Source: an uncultured Gammaproteobacteria bacterium
Lineage (GTDB): Bacteria > Pseudomonadota > Gammaproteobacteria > DRLM01
DNA: 64,000 nucleotides
NCBI GenBank assembly: GCA_963810615.1
Contig: CAWEOA010000007.1
Coordinates: 585,396 to 649,395 of the forward strand
Reading direction: 5' to 3'
The notes under the pieces were generated by a model that saw nothing but the letters and a program-made list of their open reading frames with translations, was not told the origin of the DNA and did no database searches. Within the stretch, counting starts at the first letter, position 1, and the number at the start of each line of letters is the position of its first letter. Below are positions 30,674 to 39,805 of this stretch, one piece after another. Position numbers and translations under genes: made by a program.

Positions 30674-33064
30674 TTACCGCCATGGCGCCACCAGCGTCAT
30701 GGTCGGCATGAAGCCGGCACCGCTACTGCCCGCCGATACCTGCTGGACGGCGGTCAAGGCACCGCTGGTTTGATCGATGGAAAAGACCTGGATGGATTCG
30801 TCGTTATACCGGGCCAGCAGGAACTTGCCTTGCGGATCGACCGTGAGCCAGGCCGGAATGGCGGCGGCGGTCGCGACCGACTGTTTGCTCAGCGTATAAT
30901 TACTGGTATTCACCGCATACACGACGATGTCGTTTGTTCCTCGTTCGCCGTTATAGACGAACTTACCGTTGGGATGGACCGCAATCGGTCCCGGGCCGGT
31001 GCCCGTCCCCGTTGACAAGCGGGTCACACTGCTCAGGCTGCCATTGGCATCCACCGTCCAAGTGTCGATTTCATCATCATCTTCGAGACTCACATAGGCG
31101 TAGCGACCGTTGGGATGGAGTTTCAGGTCCAGCGGCCGTCCCACGCCGGGCCCGCTTAAACCCGGTTGCTTCGTGCCGGTCTGCGACAGCGTGCCATCGG
31201 AATAGCCGACCTTGAAATAAGAGATAGTGTCGCCGTAACTGTTGAGCGAATAGAGATAGCTCCCGGCGGGATTCAGGGTGATGTTTTCCGCTCCTTGACC
31301 GGTGATATCACTATCAACTTCGGTCGCGGTGATGGTGCCGTCCGCGGCATAGGCGTAAGTGCGTACGATACCCGAATTGGTAGTACCGCCGCCCACGATA
31401 TCCAGGACATACATGACGCGATCGGAGCGCCCGAGGTCATTACGTTCGAAATGGGAGTCCGGGAAGGTGGTCAGCACAGTCGGCATCTTCACATCCGCTG
31501 CGCTTGTCGTGCCGCTCAGCGGGTCGAATTGATAACTCGCCAGAAGATCTAAACCGGTGGTATCTTCACCCGCGCCCAGCAGCAGGTTGTGCAGGTAGTT
31601 GACGGCCACTTCGCCATCGATGAGCGCGCCGCTCGAGTTTTCAGTCGCCGCCGGCGCCAGCATGCCGTCCGTTGCCACCGAAAACCGCTCCAGGCCCGCT
31701 TGATCGGGAGCCAGCAGATAGGTGGCTGTGGGGTCCAGGGCGCCCGCGCCGCCGACGGTGGCGACCGTATTAACGTTATTAAATGCCCGCACCCATTCGA
31801 CCGGGGTCAAGGAGCCATCACTGGGATCCACGTCGAAGGTAGAGACCAGCGCGTCCGACCCATGGCCCACATAGAGTTGATTCCCGAGATAACTCAAGGC
31901 AAGGTCGTTGCCGTTGAAACTGATATTGGTGCTGGCGACCCAGGTCGCTGCACCGCTGGCGGCATCGATCGTGTAATGGTCAATACTTCTATTGCTGCTG
32001 CTGTCGAGCGTATAGAGATTTGCCCCATCCGCGCTCAGTACCTGATCAATCACACTGTTGTTGCTAGAGGTATATGGCGAAGCATTCGATAGACCACCGT
32101 CCGCCGCCACATCATAGGTGACAAAATTGTCGGAATTGGTGGCGAGTGTCAGATAGGCCTTGGTGCCGCTGAGATTGAAGCCAATGGAGGTCGGACTGCT
32201 GCCGGTACTGACCGTGGTCGGAGAAGCGGCCAGGGAATTGTCCGAATTCACGCCAAAGATCACGATCGAATTGTCCGTTCTGCTGACCACATACAAGTGA
32301 TCGCCGGCGGGATTCAGCTTGATATAGTCGGGATCGACTGTCAGCGTTGTGGAAACAACGGGCGAAAGAGTTCCTGTTGAACCAATCGTATAAGCGTCTA
32401 CCTTGCCGCTCGAAGTCCCGCTGGCCACATAGGCCTCGGAACCCGCTGCGTTCAATATCAGGTGGCTGCTGTTACCGCTGGTGGCACGGTTGTCGATCGC
32501 CGTGACCTCACCCGTATCGGAATCGAAGCTCAGCACATGAATATTATTTGTGGTAATGAGTACCAGGCGCTTGTGGGCCGCGTCATAGATCATGTCCTGG
32601 ACGGCGAAGCCGTTGCCGGCATCAAAATAGCTCATAGCCGTCGCGTATCCGGCCATGTTATTGACGCGAAAGACACTCAAGGTACCGTCATTATTGCCGG
32701 AGACGACAAAACGGTCTGCCGTACAGTTTACGGCAATATTGGTAACATCAGCCCCACTCACCGTGCCTGTGCCGTTAGTGACGGTGCAATTCTGCCCGCT
32801 GGGCTGGGTAGCCACCGTTACGTTATACGCCGCACCGTCGCTGAGTGACGATGCAAAGGTGAAGGAGCCATCACTGATGAGGGTAAGACCGCTACTACCG
32901 TTGTTTTGAAGTATCACGCTCTTGCCGACAGCGAGTCCGGACAAGGTTCCGCCTGCGGTATAGCTTGTTGTTGTTCCACCACCACCGCCGCCACCGCCAC
33001 CGCCGCCGCACGCGCTAAGGATTAACGTCGCTACAACACAGGTTAAGGTTAGCCCCTTGGTCAT
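30674..33064 (-). CDS. lipoprotein with tandem lactonase-type 7-bladed beta-propeller domains
   Basis: A lipobox (LSAC) followed by a poly-Gly linker. Repeated blades of the form YVVSRTDNSIVIF / YAYVSLEDDDEIDTW match the 6-phosphogluconolactonase/3-carboxymuconate cyclase family. A GGGAGGA SD lies 8 nt upstream. Confidence 0.7.
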   Translation of the reverse strand: MTKGLTLTCVVATLILSACGGGGGGGGGGGTTTSYTAGGTLSGLAVGKSVILQNNGSSGLTLISDGSFTFASSLSDGAAYNVTVATQPSGQNCTVTNGTGTVSGADVTNIAVNCTADRFVVSGNNDGTLSVFRVNNMAGYATAMSYFDAGNGFAVQDMIYDAAHKRLVLITTNNIHVLSFDSDTGEVTAIDNRATSGNSSHLILNAAGSEAYVASGTSSGKVDAYTIGSTGTLSPVVSTTLTVDPDYIKLNPAGDHLYVVSRTDNSIVIFGVNSDNSLAASPTTVSTGSSPTSIGFNLSGTKAYLTLATNSDNFVTYDVAADGGLSNASPYTSSNNSVIDQVLSADGANLYTLDSSSNRSIDHYTIDAASGAATWVASTNISFNGNDLALSYLGNQLYVGHGSDALVSTFDVDPSDGSLTPVEWVRAFNNVNTVATVGGAGALDPTATYLLAPDQAGLERFSVATDGMLAPAATENSSGALIDGEVAVNYLHNLLLGAGEDTTGLDLLASYQFDPLSGTTSAADVKMPTVLTTFPDSHFERNDLGRSDRVMYVLDIVGGGTTNSGIVRTYAYAADGTITATEVDSDITGQGAENITLNPAGSYLYSLNSYGDTISYFKVGYSDGTLSQTGTKQPGLSGPGVGRPLDLKLHPNGRYAYVSLEDDDEIDTWTVDANGSLSSVTRLSTGTGTGPGPIAVHPNGKFVYNGERGTNDIVVYAVNTSNYTLSKQSVATAAAIPAWLTVDPQGKFLLARYNDESIQVFSIDQTSGALTAVQQVSAGSSGAGFMPTMTLVAPWR

Positions 33065-33330
33065 CGTGAAATCCTCCCATTAGATTTCTTATTAGTAACG
33101 CCGATGCCAAACGAGACCTGCTAGTTCCCCCAAAGCATGTGACGCCGGATTGCTGTCCGCTCGTTACCCTCTCCTAGATGCTTATGCTTATCTTTAGATT
33201 AAGTATAATCGCCAAATTACCATATAGAAACCATAAATTGCCCCTAAATAATATAAGTGATTATGCCGATTAATGTTACGCGCCATTATTTGGTGCACAG
33301 CACGCTGTGTATCTCCATGTTGCTAAAGAA

Positions 33331-33855
33331 ATGACAGAGAGAACAATGCTTGATTGCAGCAAACTTATACTCGGTGATACTCAGGCGTCCATTGAATTGG
33401 ACAGCAGCGCCTCGCAACGCGACTCTGCCGTGGCATTGGTGAGCCAGGCACAGCGTAGCGTGGATATCTTTACTCGCGATCTCGATAAGAAGATTTATGA
33501 CAATCGAGATTTCCTGGACGCCTTGCAAAATCTGGTGGTCAACAACCATGGCCTGATTCGCATACTGGTCAAGGATTCGGGCAACGCGGTCAAATACGGT
33601 CACCGCCTGATCACCCTCAGTCAGCGCCTGACCAGCTTCATCGAAATCCGCAAGGTGGCCGAGGATTTCAAGGAGTATAATGAAGCCTTTCTGGTCGCAG
33701 ACGAAATCGGGTATGCGCACCGCAAGCATGCCGATCGCTTCGAGGGCATCGCCCGTTTTAATGCCGCCAAGGAAGCCGTGCATTTACTGGTCTTCTTCAA
33801 CGAAGTATGGAGGCATAGTGCGCCCGATCCCAACTTGCGGCGGATTTATCTCTAG
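33331..33855 (+). CDS. hypothetical soluble protein
   Basis: An ORF of ~175 aa with no TM or signal peptide. Candidate starts are GTG 33307, ATG 33331 and ATG 33346. No recognisable domain. Confidence 0.45.
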   Translation: MTERTMLDCSKLILGDTQASIELDSSASQRDSAVALVSQAQRSVDIFTRDLDKKIYDNRDFLDALQNLVVNNHGLIRILVKDSGNAVKYGHRLITLSQRLTSFIEIRKVAEDFKEYNEAFLVADEIGYAHRKHADRFEGIARFNAAKEAVHLLVFFNEVWRHSAPDPNLRRIYL

Positions 33856-34660
33856 GTATCTCTCCGTAATCCTATTGCTTATAGCCACCCTCTCCGTTTC
33901 GCCAAGTTTGGCGGCGGACGATTTTGTGCTGGAGGTTATTCCTCTGCACCACCGTTCCACGGCCGAGCTGCTGCCCATAGTCCAGGCCTTCATCGCCAAG
34001 GACGGTATCATAAAGGCTAGCGATGGCAAGCTGGTCATCCGCACCCACCCGGCCAATCTGAGCGAACTGCGCAAGTTGATCGCCAAACTCGATGTGCCGC
34101 TGCGAAGCTTGTTAATCACTGTGAAGCAGTTGTCTGGGGAATCCGCCCGCCAAGCCGAAACGAGTACAGAGACTCGGGCCGATGACAGCGACACGCCTGC
34201 CCGTAGCGCACATGTATGGCAGACCGACAGCCGCGATGACGCCGATCGCACCCAGCAGGTACAGGTAATGGAAGGCGCCGAGGCCCTCATCGATGTGGGA
34301 CGGAAAATACCCATCAGCGATTTTGCCGTGTCCCAGTCACGATCTGGAACCTTGATGGAAGAAAGAACCCGTTACGTCGGTGCGACTACAGGATTTTACG
34401 TGCGCCCTCATCTTAACGGCGACACCGTCAGCGTCGAGATAACGCCCTATCAAACTACGCAATCGGGTGTAGCGACGCCCCCAGAGTTCAAGACCCAAAC
34501 CCTGCATACGACCGTCACCGGAAAACTGGGCGAGTGGATCAGCATCGGCGCCAGCTCCACAGGCATCGATGAGAATAATAGTAACGTGATTGAATATTCG
34601 ACTTCCCAGCGCGGTGAACAGGATCGACGGATTCTGTTGCGTGTGATGGTAGCGCCCTAG
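33818..34660 (+). CDS. miniature secretin-like protein with a Secretin_N domain and a short secretin-like C-terminal segment
   Basis: GTG 33818 is a plausible start and gives a signal peptide (ISRYLSVILLLIATLSVSPSLA). The Secretin_N signature is VIPLHHRSTAELLPIVQAF...LVIRTHPANLSELRKLIAKLDVP. The C-terminus (KLGEWISIGASS...RRILLRVMVAP) resembles the tail of the secretin core. Confidence 0.55.
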   Translation: MRPIPTCGGFISRYLSVILLLIATLSVSPSLAADDFVLEVIPLHHRSTAELLPIVQAFIAKDGIIKASDGKLVIRTHPANLSELRKLIAKLDVPLRSLLITVKQLSGESARQAETSTETRADDSDTPARSAHVWQTDSRDDADRTQQVQVMEGAEALIDVGRKIPISDFAVSQSRSGTLMEERTRYVGATTGFYVRPHLNGDTVSVEITPYQTTQSGVATPPEFKTQTLHTTVTGKLGEWISIGASSTGIDENNSNVIEYSTSQRGEQDRRILLRVMVAP

Positions 34661-34768
34661 CCCTTTAAGCATGTCTAATCGACTTAAGCGATTTATCAGG
34701 GGAAGATCGAAAAATTTCCTGGAAGCCTTAGTCGCCGGAGTCCGGTAGCTCAGCGAACGAAAGGCCCC

Positions 34769-34807
34769 GGATTCCGGGTCTCCGCTACGCTACGCCCGGA
34801 ATGACAA
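34769..34807. repeat. REP-like palindromic unit, an exact copy of the 39-nt unit at 9496-9534
   Basis: GGATTCCGGGTCTCCGCTACGCTACGCCCGGAATGACAA. The 8-bp stem is ATTCCGGG/CCCGGAAT. It lies between the secretin-like gene and the mutL 3' end. Confidence 0.55.
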
Positions 34808-34835
34808 CTTCTTCAGACTTACTCAAGAAATAATC

Positions 34836-36626
34836 TCATCGGCCCCGCAAAAACAACTTGTCCAACTCATCCATCCTCAGTTGTACCCAAGTCGGTCTAC
34901 CATGATTGCACTGGCCGCTACGCTCGGTGCGCTCCATATCGCGCAGCAGGGCGTTCATCTCGGGCACACTCAACCTACGCTGAGCGCGTACCGCGCCATG
35001 ACAGGCGACCGTTCCGAGGATTTCATTGATATGCTCGCTGATGCGGGTACTGGAGCCGTAACTGTTGAGGTCGGCAAGTACGTCGCGGATTAACTGCGCC
35101 ACATCCGCGTCGCGCAGCAAAGCCGGCACCTGCCGGATCACCAGGCTTTCAGGGCCGATGCGATTCACCTCGCAACCCAGCTCACTGAACAGTGCTTTAT
35201 GCTCTTCGGCCAGATTCGCTTCCTGGAGGCTGACCTTCAAGCTGACCGGGACCAGCAGGGGTTGGGACACGATATTGCCTTCGCCGTGGGATTGCTTGAG
35301 ACGCTCATAGGCGATGCGTTCGTGGGCGGCGTGCATGTCTACCACGATCAGACCGTCACTGTTTTCGGCCAGGATATACACCCCATGCAGTTGTGCGATG
35401 GCGTAGCCCAATGGGTGGGCGTCGGCCGCCGGCTCTGCTTCCTCTTCAGCTGTTTGCGGCAAGGGATGTAGCTCAGCATAGGCGGCGATCTGCTCGCGCA
35501 CTTGCAAGGGGATGGCCGACTGTGAAGGCGGGCGGGCGGCAAACGCGGGGCTGCGTAACGCGGTACCGGCGGGCCGTTCCAACACCGCCACATCCTCCGC
35601 CCGATCGGCTGCCGGCGATGTTCCGGGTCGCAGCTGGGCCAGGGCGTCGTGCAGACCGCGAAACAGAAAATCATGCACCCTGCGGCTCTCGCGGAAACGC
35701 ACCTCATGCTTGCTGGGATGGACGTTGACGTCCACCTCTTGCGGCGGCAATTCAAGGAACAGCACAAAGGCGGGATGACGGCCGTGATACAGCACATCCT
35801 GATAGGCCTGGCGAATGGCGTGGGCCACCAATTTATCGCGCACCATACGGCCGTTCACATAAAAGAATTGCATATCCGCCTGGCTGCGGGAAAAGGTCGG
35901 CTGGCTGATCCATCCCCATAGGCGCAGATCGCCTATGTGGAAATCCACCATGACCGCCTGCGCGCTGAAATCATCGCCGCACAGCGTCATCACCCTGCGC
36001 AGCTGTTCCTGTTCGGTAGTCGCTTCCGGCAGCTTATAGATCGCCCGCCCGCCATGGTTCAGATGCACGCTCACGTCGAAACGGCTGAGGGCGAGGCGTT
36101 TGACCACTTCCTCTAAATGATTAAATTCGGTGCGTTCGGTGCGCAGAAATTTGCGCCGTGCCGGGGTGTTAAAAAACAGATCGCGGACTTCCACCGTGGT
36201 CCCCGGCGGATGAGCCACAGGCGCCGGCTGCGCCTCGCCTTCGTTCCTGACCTGCCAGCCGCGCTCGCTGTCCGGCGTGCGTGAGGCCAGGCTCAGGCGC
36301 GAAACGGAACTGATACTGGGCAGGGCTTCGCCGCGAAAGCCCAGGCTTTTCACGGCGACCAGATCATCGAAGCTACGGATCTTGCTGGTGGCGTGGCGAT
36401 TCAAGGCCAAGGCAAGATCATCGTAATGGATGCCGTGACCATCATCCCGGATACGAATCAAGCGCGTACCGCCCTCCTCTATATCCAGTTCGATACGGCG
36501 CGCCCCGGCATCCAAGCTGTTCTCCAGTAACTCCTTGACCACGGATGAGGGGCGTTCTACTACCTCTCCGGCAGCGATCTGATTGGCAAGCTGCGTGGGC
36601 AGCAAATAAATACGTGCGCTGGACAT
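34836..36626 (-). CDS. mutL: DNA mismatch repair protein MutL
   Basis: An N-terminal GHKL ATPase domain ([30 protein letters not shown]) and a C-terminal dimerisation domain. Confidence 0.9.
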   Translation of the reverse strand: MSSARIYLLPTQLANQIAAGEVVERPSSVVKELLENSLDAGARRIELDIEEGGTRLIRIRDDGHGIHYDDLALALNRHATSKIRSFDDLVAVKSLGFRGEALPSISSVSRLSLASRTPDSERGWQVRNEGEAQPAPVAHPPGTTVEVRDLFFNTPARRKFLRTERTEFNHLEEVVKRLALSRFDVSVHLNHGGRAIYKLPEATTEQEQLRRVMTLCGDDFSAQAVMVDFHIGDLRLWGWISQPTFSRSQADMQFFYVNGRMVRDKLVAHAIRQAYQDVLYHGRHPAFVLFLELPPQEVDVNVHPSKHEVRFRESRRVHDFLFRGLHDALAQLRPGTSPAADRAEDVAVLERPAGTALRSPAFAARPPSQSAIPLQVREQIAAYAELHPLPQTAEEEAEPAADAHPLGYAIAQLHGVYILAENSDGLIVVDMHAAHERIAYERLKQSHGEGNIVSQPLLVPVSLKVSLQEANLAEEHKALFSELGCEVNRIGPESLVIRQVPALLRDADVAQLIRDVLADLNSYGSSTRISEHINEILGTVACHGAVRAQRRLSVPEMNALLRDMERTERSGQCNHGRPTWVQLRMDELDKLFLRGR

Positions 36627-36956
36627 TGCGGTTCCCAGTTGGAAAGGCTTTGCGGCATTATAAAGGATGGTGGCGAATACGGTTAAGCGTAGGCCGACTC
36701 CAGGTTAAAGCCACACGCTCCGCCACCAACGAAGGATACTTGAATTTACATCACATCAAACATGTATCACATTAATGTTATTGAATATTTCAACAAGGAT
36801 TTCGCGACCTTCATCTTGGCGCAATGATCTCTTCTGGCGTAACCACATTTAGACCTCTCCCCAGTCGCTTCCTGTTTCGGAATAGTCTCCTGAAATAAAA
36901 GCTGCTAGTACAACGGTCAATCTTTAGGCGGCGCGGACAGGTGGCCAGAAAATGGC

Positions 36957-37364
36957 TTACTTCCGTTCCTTCAGTAAATCGCGAATTTCCGTGAGCAGCA
37001 CCTCTTGAGCCGGAGGTGCAGCTGGAGCCTTTGGCGCTTCTTCCTCCTCCTTGCGTTTGAGTTTGTTAATTCCTTTGATAGCGACAAAAATCGCGAAGGC
37101 GATAATCACAAAATCGATGACCGTTTGAATGAATTTTCCATAGCCAATGACGACAGCGGGCATATCTCCCGCAGCTTCCTTAAGTGTAAATGCCAAATTG
37201 CTAAAATTGACACCGCCCAAAAGTACTCCTATCGGCGGCATAATCACATCACCCACAAAGGAAGAAACAATTTTACCAAATGCAGCGCCAATTATGATGC
37301 CAACGGCCATATCGACAACATTGCCCCTCACTGCAAATTCTTTAAATTCTTTCACCATACCCAT
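36957..37364 (-). CDS. mscL: large-conductance mechanosensitive channel
   Basis: Start is placed at the internal [33 protein letters not shown], the canonical MscL N-terminus. Confidence 0.85.
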   Translation of the reverse strand: MGMVKEFKEFAVRGNVVDMAVGIIIGAAFGKIVSSFVGDVIMPPIGVLLGGVNFSNLAFTLKEAAGDMPAVVIGYGKFIQTVIDFVIIAFAIFVAIKGINKLKRKEEEEAPKAPAAPPAQEVLLTEIRDLLKERK

Positions 37365-37795
37365 GACAAATTCCTCCAAAGTGAAATAGCCATCAGTCCG
37401 CATGCCGTCCTGAACCGCGCTGGCGTTTTGTACGTACTTTCTCGTCGGCACCAGCATGAATCAATGTGTGCGAGCCACACTCGCCGTCGGCGATGGACTG
37501 GAATCACTCAAGGACGGCCATTTTGATTCAATTTCTCCGCTACCATCACAGCGGCTTCACGTCTTAGAACCACATTAACAAAGCCTGTGCTGCCGACATA
37601 TACCGAAAATGGCTAGACGGCTCCTCATCATAACGCACGCAGTTCACTCCCTATTTTTGATGGAGAATAGCAGATGGCCTTACAAAAGATAGATCCGGGG
37701 AACGCAAACGACTGAGTCGTGATGGTGGGAAAGCACAGAGGTCGTTTGCACTGCGACGGTCGCCGTAGTGATACAGCTGGCTATGGATACTGAAC

Positions 37796-39178
37796 TTATG
37801 TGCCGTCGCTGGAGGGGATGCGCAACACCGTACCGACGTAGAGTCGATCGCCGTTAAGCTTGTTGGAGACGCGCAAGGTATGCACGCTGACCCCGTACTG
37901 ATCGGCGATGCCGGAAAGGGTATCACCCTTGGAGATGGTGTATTTCCGTTCGGCATTGGCCAGGGCGATCTTGGTGCCCGGCGGGGCATTCTCGCGAAAA
38001 TAATCCCTCACGCCGTCCACGATGGCTGCAGCCAGCCGCTTCTGATAGCCGGGCGATTTCAACTTCCGCTCTTCCTGAGGATTGGAGATGAAGGCCGTTT
38101 CTATCAGCATGGACGGGATATCCGGGGCCTTGAGCACCACAAATCCGGCGTGCTCGATATGATGACGATGCAACCTGCCCACATTGCTCAGCTCGTCCAG
38201 CACCTTGCTGCCAGCACGGTCACTGGCTTCGATGGTGGCGGTTTGCGACAGGTCCAAGAGCACTGATTTCAAGACATCGTCTTTATCATCCAGGCTGACG
38301 CCGCCCACCAGGTCCGCGGCATTTTCCTTTTCCGCCAGCCAGCGGGCCGCCTCGCTGCTGGCACCGCTTTCCGATAATACGTATACCGAAGACCCTTTGA
38401 CGGAACGATCGTCTATGGCATCGGCATGAATGGAGATCATCAAGTCGGCCTTGGCTTCCCGCGCCTTAACCACGCGTTTGCGCAAGGGCACGAAATAATC
38501 ACCGTCGCGAATCATCACTGGCTTAATGCCGGGCTCGACGCTGAGCAGTTTCTGTAGTTGACGGGCGATGGCCAGGGTCACATTTTTCTCTTTGACCCCA
38601 TGGGGGCCATGGGCACCGGGGTCGATACCGCCATGGCCGGCATCGATGGCAACCACCACATCACGAAGATGCGACTCGGAAGGCGCGTGGGCAACCACCA
38701 CGGGTTCCGGGGTGGCGGGCGCGCTCTGGGCTACGGGGGCGGGAACAGCATTAGACACTGGCGCTGCTTTCGGCGCCGGCGCCGCGGTGGCACCGCCTTC
38801 TTGAAGGTCAACAACCAAACGGTATCCCTGATTGCCCGAGGACGGCTGCAGCACGAAACTCTTGGCTGTCACCTTGCCGCTAACATCCAGCACCAGGCGC
38901 AGGTCGCGGCCGTGACGAATGCCGCTGCGTACCGCCTGCACCAGGCTGCCGTTGATATTGACATTGGGCAGTGCGGATCGTAAGCGGGCATTGTCGAGAT
39001 CGATGACTACTCGAGCCGGATTAGGCAGTGTGAATACTTTATAGCTGGGGGAACTGCTGAGATCCAATACCAGGCGGCTGGTATCGGGGGCGACGGTATA
39101 TCGCACCTCTCCGACCTTGACGGAGGCCAATACCGGCATGGAAATCATGACCAACAAAAGAGCCACTATTTTTTTCAT
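37796..39178 (-). CDS. amiB: N-acetylmuramoyl-L-alanine amidase (AMIN + Amidase_3 + C-terminal LysM)
   Basis: A signal peptide, an AMIN domain, an amidase_3 core and a C-terminal LysM (YTISKGDTLSGIADQYGVSVHTL). The gene order nnr-tsaE-amiB-mutL is conserved in gammaproteobacteria. Confidence 0.85.
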   Translation of the reverse strand: MKKIVALLLVMISMPVLASVKVGEVRYTVAPDTSRLVLDLSSSPSYKVFTLPNPARVVIDLDNARLRSALPNVNINGSLVQAVRSGIRHGRDLRLVLDVSGKVTAKSFVLQPSSGNQGYRLVVDLQEGGATAAPAPKAAPVSNAVPAPVAQSAPATPEPVVVAHAPSESHLRDVVVAIDAGHGGIDPGAHGPHGVKEKNVTLAIARQLQKLLSVEPGIKPVMIRDGDYFVPLRKRVVKAREAKADLMISIHADAIDDRSVKGSSVYVLSESGASSEAARWLAEKENAADLVGGVSLDDKDDVLKSVLLDLSQTATIEASDRAGSKVLDELSNVGRLHRHHIEHAGFVVLKAPDIPSMLIETAFISNPQEERKLKSPGYQKRLAAAIVDGVRDYFRENAPPGTKIALANAERKYTISKGDTLSGIADQYGVSVHTLRVSNKLNGDRLYVGTVLRIPSSDGT

Positions 39179-39334
39179 GGTTGCGTCCCTGTACCCGCTC
39201 TTTGCGAAGGTATACATCAGCCTGGCGAATTTCGCAAGTATTATTGAATCGAATCTGGCGCTTATAGGCTCAACTTATCTCTTTCGCGGAGAATTAAGCG
39301 CTATCTAGCTTCCACGATACGATATCGGCACAAA

Positions 39335-39805
39335 CTAGCCTTGGTTAAAACCGCCACCAAGGAATGCGGAGACGAGTTTTTCACCCGCGGCACCGTGGGC
39401 TTGCAACGCAAGTTGGCGACCCTCCGCAGCGTAGTCGATGATGAGCTTCACATCGGCGGGCGGGAGAAATCCTTCGCCCCGTTCGGGCCACTCCACCAAG
39501 AGCACGGCATTGCCATCCTGCAGTTCACGCAGGCCGAGATACTCCAGTTCCGCAGCGTCGCGGATGCGATAAAGATCCAGGTGATATACACGCCGCGCAC
39601 CGACTTCATACGGCTCTATCAGGGTATAGGTAGGACTCTTCACCGCGGCGTCATAACCCAATCCGCGCATGAAACCTCTCACTAAGGTGGTTTTGCCGGC
39701 GCCCAAGGGTCCATACAGATAGAAAACCATGGGATCATGGCAGGCCCCGGCCAGTCGCGCTCCCATCGCGACCATGGCCGCCTCATCGTGTACGGCAAGT
39801 CTCAT
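39335..39805 (-). CDS. tsaE: tRNA threonylcarbamoyladenosine biosynthesis protein TsaE
   Basis: A P-loop (LYGPLGAGKTT) and the conserved YjeE family motifs. Confidence 0.85.
   Translation of the reverse strand: MRLAVHDEAAMVAMGARLAGACHDPMVFYLYGPLGAGKTTLVRGFMRGLGYDAAVKSPTYTLIEPYEVGARRVYHLDLYRIRDAAELEYLGLRELQDGNAVLLVEWPERGEGFLPPADVKLIIDYAAEGRQLALQAHGAAGEKLVSAFLGGGFNQG

Noticed and set aside
33680-33817. Upstream ATG (MKPFW...) as the start of the secretin-like gene
   Set aside because: The N-terminal extension has no signal peptide and overlaps the preceding ORF in another frame. GTG 33818 gives a proper signal peptide. The exact start remains uncertain.
34741-34770. tRNA-like fragment GCCGGAGTCCGGTAGCTCAGCG next to the REP unit
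   Set aside because: Only the D-arm-like GTAGCTCAGC is present. There is no T-arm (GTTCGAATC) or anticodon stem, so it is not a tRNA gene.
36627-36956. Low-GC 330-nt spacer between mscL and mutL, considered as a possible sRNA or tRNA
   Set aside because: No tRNA-like T-loop or conserved RNA motif is recognisable. It is probably a promoter/UTR, and a computational scan would be needed to say more.
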